Source: Candidatus Thorarchaeota archaeon
Lineage (GTDB): Archaea; Asgardarchaeota; Thorarchaeia; Thorarchaeales; Thorarchaeaceae
Direction of reading: 5' to 3'
Length of the DNA: 64,000 bases
Assembly (NCBI GenBank): GCA_020348985.1
Contig: CP070761.1
Span: 2,531,445-2,595,444 of the forward strand
Of this stretch, positions 48,312-57,398 are shown one piece after another. Position 1 is the stretch's first letter. Each line of letters opens with the position of its first letter. The notes beneath the pieces are model-generated. The model saw only the letters and a program-made list of their open reading frames with translations, made no database searches and was not told the DNA's origin. The position numbers and the translations under genes were made by a program.

Positions 48312-49057
48312 AGGGAAGACTTCTACTGGCAGTGTTGATCTGTCTAGGACTAGTGTGTTCTAATGCATCTGCGGCAATTGATGACTATAGTCCGCTGCTC
48401 ACATCCCCAAATGAGAATGTAATCCTGACGTGGAATGTGATAGAAACCCCGGACGTTCCGTTTTCGCTGTTTTGGGCAGGACAAGGCTTCTGGTTAGCTG
48501 AGGCCGGCAGCGAGATGAGCTTCGAGTTGCTGGAACTGCTTGATGATGATGTCGAAGGTATCCTAACAGTAGGCAACTTGACTGTGACAGCCAATAACTC
48601 GGAGATTGCACAAGACTTTGCGTTGGGGGTATGGGGTCTGACACAGTGGATGCCTGGATTGGTCGTCAAGGTTGGGGATGATAACCGAAACAATCTCAAT
48701 GCTACGGCGTACGCTGCAGCGGCCAGGTTGAGTGGCAACTATCTAAATGGTACAATGAATTCCCGCTATGAGGTTCTCACAGTTGGCGATTCAGCGTACG
48801 ATTGCATAGTCTTTGACTATGTGCAAGATCCACCGCTGTTCGGAGAGGCCCAGCAGACTCATCTTGCCTACGAAATAGAAACAGGAGTCCTTGTCCTCTG
48901 CAACACAAGCTATTCGTTCGGTACACCATACTCGCTTGTACTAGAGGTGTCTTCTCTTCCGAGTGCATCTCCCGATTTGTTGCTTCTTCTTCAGATTGCT
49001 ATCTCAGTCACTGGTGTTGTTATTGTTGTGACAATAATCGTCCTGAGAAGACGGTAA
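48308..49057 (+). CDS. Secreted protein with C-terminal TM-RRR anchor
   Basis: Signal peptide, beta-rich body, TM then RRR; overlaps the previous stop. Confidence 0.65.
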   Translation: MKGRLLLAVLICLGLVCSNASAAIDDYSPLLTSPNENVILTWNVIETPDVPFSLFWAGQGFWLAEAGSEMSFELLELLDDDVEGILTVGNLTVTANNSEIAQDFALGVWGLTQWMPGLVVKVGDDNRNNLNATAYAAAARLSGNYLNGTMNSRYEVLTVGDSAYDCIVFDYVQDPPLFGEAQQTHLAYEIETGVLVLCNTSYSFGTPYSLVLEVSSLPSASPDLLLLLQIAISVTGVVIVVTIIVLRRR

Positions 49058-49077
49058 TTGGAGTCGAGGAGATTCTG

Positions 49078-49677
49078 ATGAATCACGAGCGCCGGAGATC
49101 TGCAACTTACGGTGCAAGATGGGTGGCGATTGCATCAATAATGAGTGCGCTGGCCCTTGTAGGCAACTACTCGCTTGTGGCGGTACCCAATGTCGAGTTG
49201 GGGACAACTGTGCTCTTCATCACATCAACGAGCTTTGGACTTCCCATGGGTATTTGGTGCACACTCATTATGTCTGTAATCTTTGGAACTATCAATCCTT
49301 GGGGACCATTTGTGCCGCAGATTTGGATTACGCAGGTGATAGGTTGGGCATATGTGGCGGTAGCTGGCGGGCTTGTACGACGGATAGATAGGCCTGCTGG
49401 AACGACATACAGAGCTTCCCGCGACTTGTTCATCGTTGGGCTATTCGTGACCGCGATGTTTGATTCAATCTCGAACATTGGCTATTCACTGGCATTCTCT
49501 GTACCTTACTCTATCGCAATGATCGCGGGCTTGCCTTTCATGGCTGCACATGTGCTTTCAAACGGTGTGCTCTTTTCACTCGTCATTCCGAGAGTTGAGA
49601 GCATAATAGGAAAGGAGTTTGGACCGGCATTATGGAGTGGTACAGTAGAGAGACTTGAGGTGCTTGGCGAAGAGTAA
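49078..49677 (+). CDS. ECF transporter S component (CbrT-like, probably cobalamin)
   Basis: PNVEL motif, about 6 TM, GLPF..AHVLSN; close to a DUF4430 gene. Confidence 0.7.
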   Translation: MNHERRRSATYGARWVAIASIMSALALVGNYSLVAVPNVELGTTVLFITSTSFGLPMGIWCTLIMSVIFGTINPWGPFVPQIWITQVIGWAYVAVAGGLVRRIDRPAGTTYRASRDLFIVGLFVTAMFDSISNIGYSLAFSVPYSIAMIAGLPFMAAHVLSNGVLFSLVIPRVESIIGKEFGPALWSGTVERLEVLGEE

Positions 49678-49716
49678 AAAGTGGAACGAAGAAAGAGAAG
49701 ACGGAGTTCGAAGTAG

Positions 49717-50358
49717 TTGGCACCTTGGAGAGATGAATTCATCAAACTAGTGGAGGCAGCGGATGGACGTGTATCCCCCTCCTTTAAACCCCATCATGCT
49801 GCTGTTGCTCTTCTAATGATCGGCCGACAGCAACCCATAGGCAGGTATGAGCTCTGCGAAAACCTATCAATCGGTGAAGGAAGCGCCAGGACTCTTCTCA
49901 AACGCCTCACTGAATCGCAGTATGTTACTGCAGACGGTAAGCAGGGACAACGCCTGACTGAGAAGGGCAGTCGTCTCTTCTTAAGCGTCTCTGAAGACAT
50001 ACCATTGGGTATGTCTTTGAACTTGAGGAGCCTTGTTGTCTACGAGCATGCATATGGAAACAGAGTCGTAGGCCGTGCTGACAAAGTAGCTGATGGGGTA
50101 AGGCAGAGAGATGAGGCAATAATCCAAGGCGGATATGGTGCAGCAGGAGCAACGACGCTTGTGCACAAGGACGGTGTGCTCGTCATTCCACCGGATGACT
50201 TCGAAGCACATCTTGCGAGTATGCGTGAGGCTACTCTGATTCTCGAGAGTCTAAGACCCGAAGACGATGATGTCATCGTGATTGGATCGGCCAATGATGG
50301 GAACCTAGCTAGAGAAGTCTCTATGGCAGCGGTGATGACCCTCTTCGAAGAGGATTGA
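49717..50358 (+). CDS. wHTH protein (DUF4443-like putative regulator)
   Basis: PIGRYELCENLSIGEGSARTLLKRL; GVRQRDEAI..G..GATTL. Confidence 0.7.
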   Translation: MAPWRDEFIKLVEAADGRVSPSFKPHHAAVALLMIGRQQPIGRYELCENLSIGEGSARTLLKRLTESQYVTADGKQGQRLTEKGSRLFLSVSEDIPLGMSLNLRSLVVYEHAYGNRVVGRADKVADGVRQRDEAIIQGGYGAAGATTLVHKDGVLVIPPDDFEAHLASMREATLILESLRPEDDDVIVIGSANDGNLAREVSMAAVMTLFEED

Positions 50359-51188
50359 ATATGCAGATGGATTTGCTTGGCAACGTGCCTCAGATTGTGG
50401 TGGACATTCATGAGACCACGGGAAAACGAATGAATGCTTGCAAGCATTTGATGTCAATGCTAGAAAAAGAGGGCATCTCATACACGGTTGAAAAAATACC
50501 CATTGGAGACATTCTCGGACTTGATGGAGTCGCGATAGAGAGGAAGACTGTCAGTGATCTTGTGAATACGCTCAAAGGGAGCAGTGCAGGGGTTCCCAGA
50601 CTGACCAAGCAATTGCAAGCGCTTCTCCAATATGAAAAGCCGTACGTGCTAATCGAAGACATCCTGGCAATTAGACGGGATCCAATGAATAAGTGTGTGT
50701 ACATTCCGTTTTCATCTAAAAGAACAAAAGGAAAGCCCTACTTTGTTACCATGGAGAGGGCTAGCTACATTCATCCAAGTTCACTTGATGCCCTCGTAGA
50801 AAGCGTAGCCGAAATGGGTATCGAAGTCATCAAGGGCTTTAACGCGCTTCATTCCGCAGGGCTACTCTTCGGAATCTTGGTGGACAGGTCAGAGGCCGAC
50901 AAGAAGAAGGGCCAGAGGCTGCCTGTAATAAGGACACGCAAAGGTCTCGAGAGCCTTAACGATGAGCAGGAGTTCCTCATTGCGGGATTCCCAGGCATCA
51001 ATGTAGTAAGAGCGAAAGCACTTCTCGAAGAATTCGGTTCACCGTTCGAGGCAATAACAAGAGTTGATGAATGGACCAAAGTTCCCGGAATAGGACCCAA
51101 GACTGTGTCATCTGCAAAAAAGATGCTCTATGCTGGCTATGAGTCATCTGATTCAAAAGAGATAGATGATGAAATGAATGAGCAATAG
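50355..51188 (+). CDS. xpf: Short XPF/ERCC4 nuclease with HhH domain
   Basis: VDIHE, GD, ERKTVSDL, PGIN...VPGIGPK. Confidence 0.85.
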   Translation: MNMQMDLLGNVPQIVVDIHETTGKRMNACKHLMSMLEKEGISYTVEKIPIGDILGLDGVAIERKTVSDLVNTLKGSSAGVPRLTKQLQALLQYEKPYVLIEDILAIRRDPMNKCVYIPFSSKRTKGKPYFVTMERASYIHPSSLDALVESVAEMGIEVIKGFNALHSAGLLFGILVDRSEADKKKGQRLPVIRTRKGLESLNDEQEFLIAGFPGINVVRAKALLEEFGSPFEAITRVDEWTKVPGIGPKTVSSAKKMLYAGYESSDSKEIDDEMNEQ

Positions 51189-51283
51189 GACCCTTTTCTA
51201 TTAGATAGATATTAGATATATTTATGCTCATAGAATAGTATATATGGAATCCTGCTTGGACAGATTTCGTTGATGGTGATAAC

Positions 51284-52369
51284 ATGGGCGAAGTTCGTAT
51301 AGCAGTTGCAGGACTTGGCAATTGTGCTTCAGCACTAGTGCAGGGAGTACACTACTATCGCAATGCAAAGGCTGACGAAGAAATCCCTGGTCTAATGCAC
51401 GTCGATTTTGGGGGCTACTTCCCGAGAGACCTGAAGTTCGTCGCTGCTTTTGAGGCAAACAGGAAGAAGGTCGGACTTGATATTGCTGATGCGATCTGGA
51501 TAGAGCCCAATTGCTGCCTTAGATTTGCACCTGATGTGCCGAAAATCGGTGTGAAGGTAGTTGCAGGACCCATCTCTGACGGTGTGGCCCCACACATGAA
51601 AGAGTCCTTCTTTGCTCATAACGAGGACGTAGACCTATCCTTCGTGACGGAGGAATTGAAGAAGAGCAAGGCTGACGTGTTGGTGAACTACTTGCCAGTG
51701 GGTAGTGCTGATGGCTCCAGAATGTACGCTCAGGCAGCATTAGAAGCCGGTGTTGCATTTGTCAATGCTATACCTGAATTCATAGTGTCAGATCCAGATA
51801 GCCCAATAGGTAAAGAGTTCGAGAAGCAAGGAATTCCTATGGCCGGGGATGACATCAAGAGTCAGCTCGGTGCAACTATTCTGCACAGAGTCTTGGCCCA
51901 GCTTTTCGACAAGCGAGGTCTGATTCTTCAGAACACATATCAGCTTAACATCGGTGGAAACACCGATTTCGAGAATATGCAGGTGGAGAACCGCCTTTCA
52001 TCGAAGAGAATAAGCAAGACTGAAGCAGTCACAAGCTGTGTTGACTACGAGCTTCCTACCAAGATAGGGCCAAGCGATTATGTGCCATTTCTAGAAGACA
52101 ACAAGATCTGCTACATCAGCATGAGATCCAGAGCGTTTGGCGACCTTCCTTTGAACTTGGACCTCAAGCTGTCAGTCCAAGATTCGCCAAACAGTGCAGG
52201 GGTCATCATAGATGTCGTTAGAGCTGTGAAGATAGCACTCGATCGAGGAGTAGGTGGAGAGCTCTCCAGTATTAGCTCCTACAGCTTCAAACATCCAAGG
52301 TATCAGATTGACGACTTCGAGGCAAGAAAACACGTAGACGAGTTCATCGAAGGTAGGCGAGAACGCTAG
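51284..52369 (+). CDS. ino1: myo-inositol-1-phosphate synthase
   Basis: GLGNCASALVQG, NYLPVGS, GDDIKSQ, GGNTDF, DSPNSAG. Confidence 0.95.
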   Translation: MGEVRIAVAGLGNCASALVQGVHYYRNAKADEEIPGLMHVDFGGYFPRDLKFVAAFEANRKKVGLDIADAIWIEPNCCLRFAPDVPKIGVKVVAGPISDGVAPHMKESFFAHNEDVDLSFVTEELKKSKADVLVNYLPVGSADGSRMYAQAALEAGVAFVNAIPEFIVSDPDSPIGKEFEKQGIPMAGDDIKSQLGATILHRVLAQLFDKRGLILQNTYQLNIGGNTDFENMQVENRLSSKRISKTEAVTSCVDYELPTKIGPSDYVPFLEDNKICYISMRSRAFGDLPLNLDLKLSVQDSPNSAGVIIDVVRAVKIALDRGVGGELSSISSYSFKHPRYQIDDFEARKHVDEFIEGRRER

Positions 52370-52431
52370 TCTTGTGTGCTCCAAGTCGGGGTTCAGTGCT
52401 AGTTTGATTCCATTTGCAGATTCAAGCGCAA

Positions 52432-53001
52432 CTAAATCGTGGTCTTAGCAAGCTCTTGGAATGCCTCTTCTACGTTCTGACCGGTCAGAGCACTTGTCTC
52501 CAGATAGCCGTTGAGACCATTCTCTTCGACAAACTGCTTGCCCTCCTCCGTCGAAATGACTCGTTCACCCTCGAGATCCACTTTGTTTGCCAAGAGTATA
52601 ATGGGAATCCGTTCGTTCAGCGCATCTTCAGTTTCGGTGATCCACTTCGGCAATTCGATGAATGTGCTCTTCCGAGTGGTATCAAACACAAGCAGGGCAC
52701 CCTTGGATCCACGGTAGTACGCGGCTCTGATGAAGTCGAATCGTTCTTGTCCAGCAAGATCCCAGACGAGAAGCTTGACAACAACATCTTTACCGTTGTT
52801 CTTCTCTACTAAAACGGTCTTGACGGCGAACTGTGATCCAATCGTGACTATGTATTGCTCTGAGAACTTGTTCGTCAGGAACCGATTGACGATGGCAGTC
52901 TTTCCGCTTCCACCGGCGCCTATCATTACCACTTTGCGCATGAAATCGAATTCCGACACGTTCTCCCAAACCTCAATCATTGATTCAAATACTTGCAGCA
53001 T
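52432..53001 (-). CDS. Rab-like small GTPase
   Basis: GAGGSGKT, TIGSQF, WDLAGQERF, YYRG, NKVD, ETSA; no C-terminal Cys; true start likely 52980-52941. Confidence 0.9.
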   Translation of the reverse strand: MLQVFESMIEVWENVSEFDFMRKVVMIGAGGSGKTAIVNRFLTNKFSEQYIVTIGSQFAVKTVLVEKNNGKDVVVKLLVWDLAGQERFDFIRAAYYRGSKGALLVFDTTRKSTFIELPKWITETEDALNERIPIILLANKVDLEGERVISTEEGKQFVEENGLNGYLETSALTGQNVEEAFQELAKTTI

Positions 53002-53233
53002 ACAAGCTTTGGCTGGCCTTGTTGAAGGAGCTTGCTCTCGCTGAGTTGGCCGTGATGCTATTTAGTCTTTATTGGATTGCCCTTCTGGTTGTTGTCGGCC
53101 CTAGAGACTAGAAGCGCGACCAATAATGAGAAAACTTTCGTTGGAAGGCGCGGTATCGAGAGTATAATCCATTCATCTCGAAGGGGTTATATCAATCACA
53201 GAGAGCTGACAACTGCCGGGAGAACGTGCTGAC

Positions 53234-53413
53234 ATGCGACTGATTACTGTTAAGATGAGCGACATCTATGTGAATGGTCTTGACAAGCTAGTTGAGAGTG
53301 GCATGTACCCCTCGAGATCCGAAGCCATCAGGGTTGCGATTCGAGACCTTCTTCGAAGAGAGCTTTGGATTGATGGAGTACCAGTAATCGAAGAGTCCAA
53401 TCCAAATAGGTAG
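53234..53413 (+). CDS. Ribbon-helix-helix regulator (CdrS/CopG-like), absent from the ORF track
   Basis: MRLITVKMSDIYVNGLDKLVESGMYPSRSEAIRVAIRDLLRRELW..., 59 aa. Confidence 0.85.
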   Translation: MRLITVKMSDIYVNGLDKLVESGMYPSRSEAIRVAIRDLLRRELWIDGVPVIEESNPNR

Positions 53414-53523
53414 AATTCATGAGTCCAATCATCATCGGAATTGACCCAACTCGTACCAACAACATCTTTAGGGAATGTTCAATCAGGGGATGTCATCACG
53501 CCTAGTGCTAAGAGGTTCCAGAC

Positions 53524-54054
53524 ATGAATTGGAGGATTCTTTTCAAAAGCATCAAGTTCGCATTTCGCGCCAGGAAACGAGTCATAGTGTTCATAGTGAT
53601 CTATTCGATACTTCTTCTTGTTGTTGGGCGGGGCTTGACTAACGCCGCTGCCAGCCCGGGAGCTGAAGTACCCTGGCTATTGATGGCGTTCGTTGTTTCG
53701 ACGCTTTATGCAGTTCTGATAAGTCAGTTTAGAAGAACGGACATAGCCATCCTCAAATGCGTGTCTTGGGGAAACTCAGAGATACTTTTACTCTTGATTG
53801 GTGAGGTCGTGTTAGTTTCACTTTCTGCTTTCCTGGTGGTGTTTCAGATTAGTGTTGAAATACTTGGTTTCGCAACCTATTTCGCGATTCAGGATGCTGC
53901 GTTCATAACTGGACTGCAAGAACTGATTGCATTGCCCGCAGGACCCCTGTTCACTAGCATGTTCTACATCGTGATTCTGCAGCTTCCTGGTCTGGCATTA
54001 GCTCAGTTCAGAGCTATGAAGATACCACCAATGAGAGCACTACGGGAGGAGTAA
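53524..54054 (+). CDS. Minimal FtsX/MacB-type ABC permease
   Basis: RRTDIAILKCVSW...GE and AMKIPPMRALREE motifs; 4 TM. Confidence 0.75.
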   Translation: MNWRILFKSIKFAFRARKRVIVFIVIYSILLLVVGRGLTNAAASPGAEVPWLLMAFVVSTLYAVLISQFRRTDIAILKCVSWGNSEILLLLIGEVVLVSLSAFLVVFQISVEILGFATYFAIQDAAFITGLQELIALPAGPLFTSMFYIVILQLPGLALAQFRAMKIPPMRALREE

Positions 54055-54057
54055 AGC

Positions 54058-54747
54058 ATGCCTAATCCGATAATCCAAGTTCAGGAAGTCAACAAAGAGT
54101 ATGGTAGAGGCAAGAACACTGTTGCCGCTCTTAAAGACATAAACATCGAGATTCAGCCAGGCGATTTTGTCGCGGTGTTGGGTCCGTCAGGATGTGGGAA
54201 GAGCACTCTGCTACACGTGATGGCCGGACTCGAACAACCAACAACGGGAAGAATTCTCCTTGACGGAGTTGATGTGACGCTCATCACAGAGAGAGACCTT
54301 CCGAAAGTTAGGGCGCAGAAGATTGGTTTTGTGTTTCAGGCCTTTCTCCTCATAGAGGACTTGACTGCTTTCGAAAACGTTGAATCTGTATTGTGGCCCA
54401 GTGAAGAGCTTACCAAGCAAAAACAGGAAGAGATGGCTCTCGAGGTTCTAAGAGAAGTAGATATGCTCGAGAGACGGGATCACTTTCCACGACAGATGAG
54501 CGGTGGAGAGCAACAGAGAGTAGCGATTGCGAGAGCCTTGGTCAACAGCCCACCGATTCTGTTCTGTGACGAGCCAACAGGGAATCTAGATTCCAAGTCT
54601 GGAGAAGGCGTAATGAAGATAATCGCGAAACTAAACAAGGAACGAAAGATGACTGTCGTACTAGTCACACATAACGAAGAGCTCAGTCGCTATGCGCGTC
54701 GCACTCTCCGAATGCACGATGGTGATATAAAATCCGATAGGTCATGA
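54058..54747 (+). CDS. ABC ATP-binding protein (LolD/FtsE/MacB-like)
   Basis: GPSGCGKS, IGFVFQ, MSGGEQQRVAIARAL, DEPTGNLD, VTH. Confidence 0.92.
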   Translation: MPNPIIQVQEVNKEYGRGKNTVAALKDINIEIQPGDFVAVLGPSGCGKSTLLHVMAGLEQPTTGRILLDGVDVTLITERDLPKVRAQKIGFVFQAFLLIEDLTAFENVESVLWPSEELTKQKQEEMALEVLREVDMLERRDHFPRQMSGGEQQRVAIARALVNSPPILFCDEPTGNLDSKSGEGVMKIIAKLNKERKMTVVLVTHNEELSRYARRTLRMHDGDIKSDRS

Positions 54748-54842
54748 CTCTCCCGAGTAAGCTCGCCCAATGTACTTTTGTTCCAAAGGTTTAGAAGTGC
54801 CTAGAGCCTGACCTATGCATCCTTCATGGATGGCGCGTACAT

Positions 54843-55673
54843 ATGAGATTCTCGGACTGCCAAAAAGCGGAGAAGCTGGCGGAAGAGAGGGCTAAAGAGG
54901 GACGCAACACAGATGCGACGAATCTATTCAGCAGAGCAGGTGATTGCTGGAAGAGATGGGAATCATTCGCCAAGGCGGCGAGAAGCTATGAGCGCGCCTA
55001 TGAACACGCAATGTTATGTCAGGAGTACACTAGAGCCGCAGAATTGGTCATGGAAGCAGGCGAGACTTGGATTAAGCAGGGAGAATTTGAGAAGTTTGAA
55101 ATTGACTGCCAGATCGCTTCTGAGGCATATGTTCTTGCAACCGAAGCAGAGCGTGACCCTGCTTTGTTCGTTGAGGGTGCCTTCTGTGCCATTCAGGGCG
55201 GAGATCTCGAGATGGCCAAACAGCTGATTCATGCGGCATCAGAAACAACACGTGGACAGCAAATGGAACGCATCAACCTGGCTTTGATGTTGAGTGAGTA
55301 CGACTTTGGTGATGCGGATCGGTATATCGATGGCGCCGTCGTGAGGGTCCTGGACAGAGACGGAATACGAAGGACTCGAAGAGCATTCTCTCTTGTCTTT
55401 GCAGGCTTTGTTCGCACCTCTCTTGAATCAGAAGCCGCGGTTACTCTGGCGAGTTTGGCAGAGAGCACAGGGCTTGACACACACAAACTGAAAGAACTCG
55501 TTGAAAGAGGGATTGAGGAAGGGATTATTCCTGCGTTTCTCGATCCGGAAACGCAAGAACTTGTAGTTGATGCGGATCGCTTTGATGTGTCTAGCCTAGC
55601 GCGTCGCAAAGGACCAATAATGAGCAGAGACCTGGAAGACCCTGGTGCGTGGGACGTCGACCTTGAAGACTGA
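54843..55673 (+). CDS. SNAP-like helical repeat protein with C-terminal PCI-type winged helix
   Basis: AGDCWKRWESFAKAARSYERA repeats; VTLASLAESTGL...VERGIEEGIIPAFLDPETQELVV. Confidence 0.65.
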   Translation: MRFSDCQKAEKLAEERAKEGRNTDATNLFSRAGDCWKRWESFAKAARSYERAYEHAMLCQEYTRAAELVMEAGETWIKQGEFEKFEIDCQIASEAYVLATEAERDPALFVEGAFCAIQGGDLEMAKQLIHAASETTRGQQMERINLALMLSEYDFGDADRYIDGAVVRVLDRDGIRRTRRAFSLVFAGFVRTSLESEAAVTLASLAESTGLDTHKLKELVERGIEEGIIPAFLDPETQELVVDADRFDVSSLARRKGPIMSRDLEDPGAWDVDLED

Positions 55674-55792
55674 CCAGTGCCACAACGGTTGATTTGGCGT
55701 CAAAGCGCCTCGATTCAATCTCAGCTGGAAGCCATCTGACAAGGAAATCTTTTTAGTACGATTGACTTGTTCTCGATTGACTACGCCACTCT

Positions 55793-56020
55793 ATGCAGGT
55801 GTTGTTGATGGCTGAAGGGCTGAAATGGCTACAATGTCCCGTCTGCAAGGATTCGTTCAATTGGAAAGTCCCTGCGGATGCCCTGAAGGACGTCAAGAGA
55901 TACCCGGTTGCAGTGGTTATCAAGCACAAGGATCACTATCTCGTTTGTTATCTTGACAGTCATCAACAGCTTGCAGACACTGAGGTTGCGGCTGCGCTAA
56001 TTGAGGCGGAAGAGCAGTAG
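55793..56020 (+). CDS. Small Zn-binding protein (CPVC...HxxH)
   Basis: CPVC, RYPVAVVIKHKDH, YLD; the second Met may be the start. Confidence 0.6.
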   Translation: MQVLLMAEGLKWLQCPVCKDSFNWKVPADALKDVKRYPVAVVIKHKDHYLVCYLDSHQQLADTEVAAALIEAEEQ

Positions 56021-56059
56021 TCGGAATCGTACTCGCTCTTAGCTTTGTCTTTACGTATC

Positions 56060-56647
56060 CTATTCGACACCCATGCCCTCTAGGTCATTATCCAAAGCCC
56101 ATTCCAGAACACGGGCAGCCTGTGCACTGGCCATTCCCCAAGTCTTCAAGTTTGAAACCAAGTCGCGAATGCCGCGGACCCAGTCAACGAGAAGGGTTCT
56201 AATCCGGGCCTTGATGTTCTCATCTTCAACTTCTCGCATGAAGGGCAGGAGCTTATCGACCAAACTTTGAGAAAGGACCAGAACGGTCTCAAGCCTCGCA
56301 ATCCACTCCTCTCTGGGCAGGCCCGTCAGCGTTTGGGCGACAGACAGATGGTAGTCGTACTGCGTATCGTAGTAGCGTAGACGCCAGCTCAGTGCTTCCA
56401 CTAGTAGAGCTCTGTGCGCCGTGCTCGGAGATGTCTTAATCAAAACCGTGAGAAAGCGCTCTGTCATCTCATCCGCCGTTTGACTTGCATCGAAAAACAG
56501 AGCCATGGCTTGTTGGTACTCTTCATTTGATAGATGCTGACATGCCTCATCATGAGATGCCTTGAACCTCTCAACGAGATCGCGTGTAGAGCCAACTAAT
56601 GCGGGATCCAACAAGTTCTCGTCGATTTTCGTCATTCCCTGTATCAC
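56060..56647 (-). CDS. Hypothetical all-helical protein
   Basis: Tightly packed co-oriented ORF. Confidence 0.6.
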   Translation of the reverse strand: MIQGMTKIDENLLDPALVGSTRDLVERFKASHDEACQHLSNEEYQQAMALFFDASQTADEMTERFLTVLIKTSPSTAHRALLVEALSWRLRYYDTQYDYHLSVAQTLTGLPREEWIARLETVLVLSQSLVDKLLPFMREVEDENIKARIRTLLVDWVRGIRDLVSNLKTWGMASAQAARVLEWALDNDLEGMGVE

Positions 56648-57064
56648 CTATCGTCCCTGAAGATGTGTGACTTCAACACTCAGCATTGAGTCTAAGCTCT
56701 CAAGCCACTTGGAGAACTCCTCAATCTCATTCCTCTGTGTGGATAGGAAGTATCCCTCATAGACACATTCTTCGGATATCGGGCAGAATCCAGTCGAGTG
56801 AACCAGTTCAAGTTTCCTCTTCTTCATCTCCTCAAAAACATATCTGCCAATCTCTGGAAAGCCATTGAGGGCCATCCGCATTCGGACAATCGAGATCTCC
56901 GGAGTGGAAACTGGAATGACTCTGAGAAATCCACTTTTGGTGCTGACAACCAGAACTTTGGAGCCTTCTTCAAGGCCTACGTAAGAGGCTACTCCAGAAA
57001 TGTCAACTGTGCCGTCAATCACTTCAGTTACAGAACCTTCGGTCAGATACTTCAGATATTCCAC
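56648..57064 (-). CDS. Hypothetical protein, possibly AbrB-like plus ACT-like domains
   Basis: Short beta-rich N-terminus; HSTGFC...YEGY; overlaps its neighbour. Confidence 0.5.
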   Translation of the reverse strand: MEYLKYLTEGSVTEVIDGTVDISGVASYVGLEEGSKVLVVSTKSGFLRVIPVSTPEISIVRMRMALNGFPEIGRYVFEEMKKRKLELVHSTGFCPISEECVYEGYFLSTQRNEIEEFSKWLESLDSMLSVEVTHLQGR

Positions 57065-57327
57065 CCCAGAGCTATTTCGAGATACTTCTCACCCGCGGGA
57101 GTTATCTCGTAGCCGTCGTCATCATCTCTAACAAGGTCAAGTTCTCTCAAGACAGTTATCCTCACATCAAGACATTCCTGCGTGATAGAACCAAATCGGG
57201 TTAGTTCGTCATCCAATCGACATCCTTGGTAAATCAAGCGGAGTACGAGCTCTCCCATTTCACCAAGGAGATTCCTGGTTGAATCTATTTCTTTGCTGAT
57301 GTTAGATGCTGTCTCGTCCAATCCCAT
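57052..57327 (-). CDS. Small winged-helix protein
   Basis: LRELDLV....GYEITPAGEKYL wing motif. Confidence 0.65.
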   Translation of the reverse strand: MGLDETASNISKEIDSTRNLLGEMGELVLRLIYQGCRLDDELTRFGSITQECLDVRITVLRELDLVRDDDDGYEITPAGEKYLEIALGWNI

Positions 57328-57398
57328 CTTGGCTTTTACGTCTCCACAAATGCCCTAAAAGTAACCTATGATGTCCTCTCTTCCCTCAGGTGCCGAAG

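Noticed and set aside
50355-50390. Clamp-binding motif QMDLL at the XPF N-terminus
   Set aside because: Lacks the aromatic pair of a PIP box, and the start codon is uncertain
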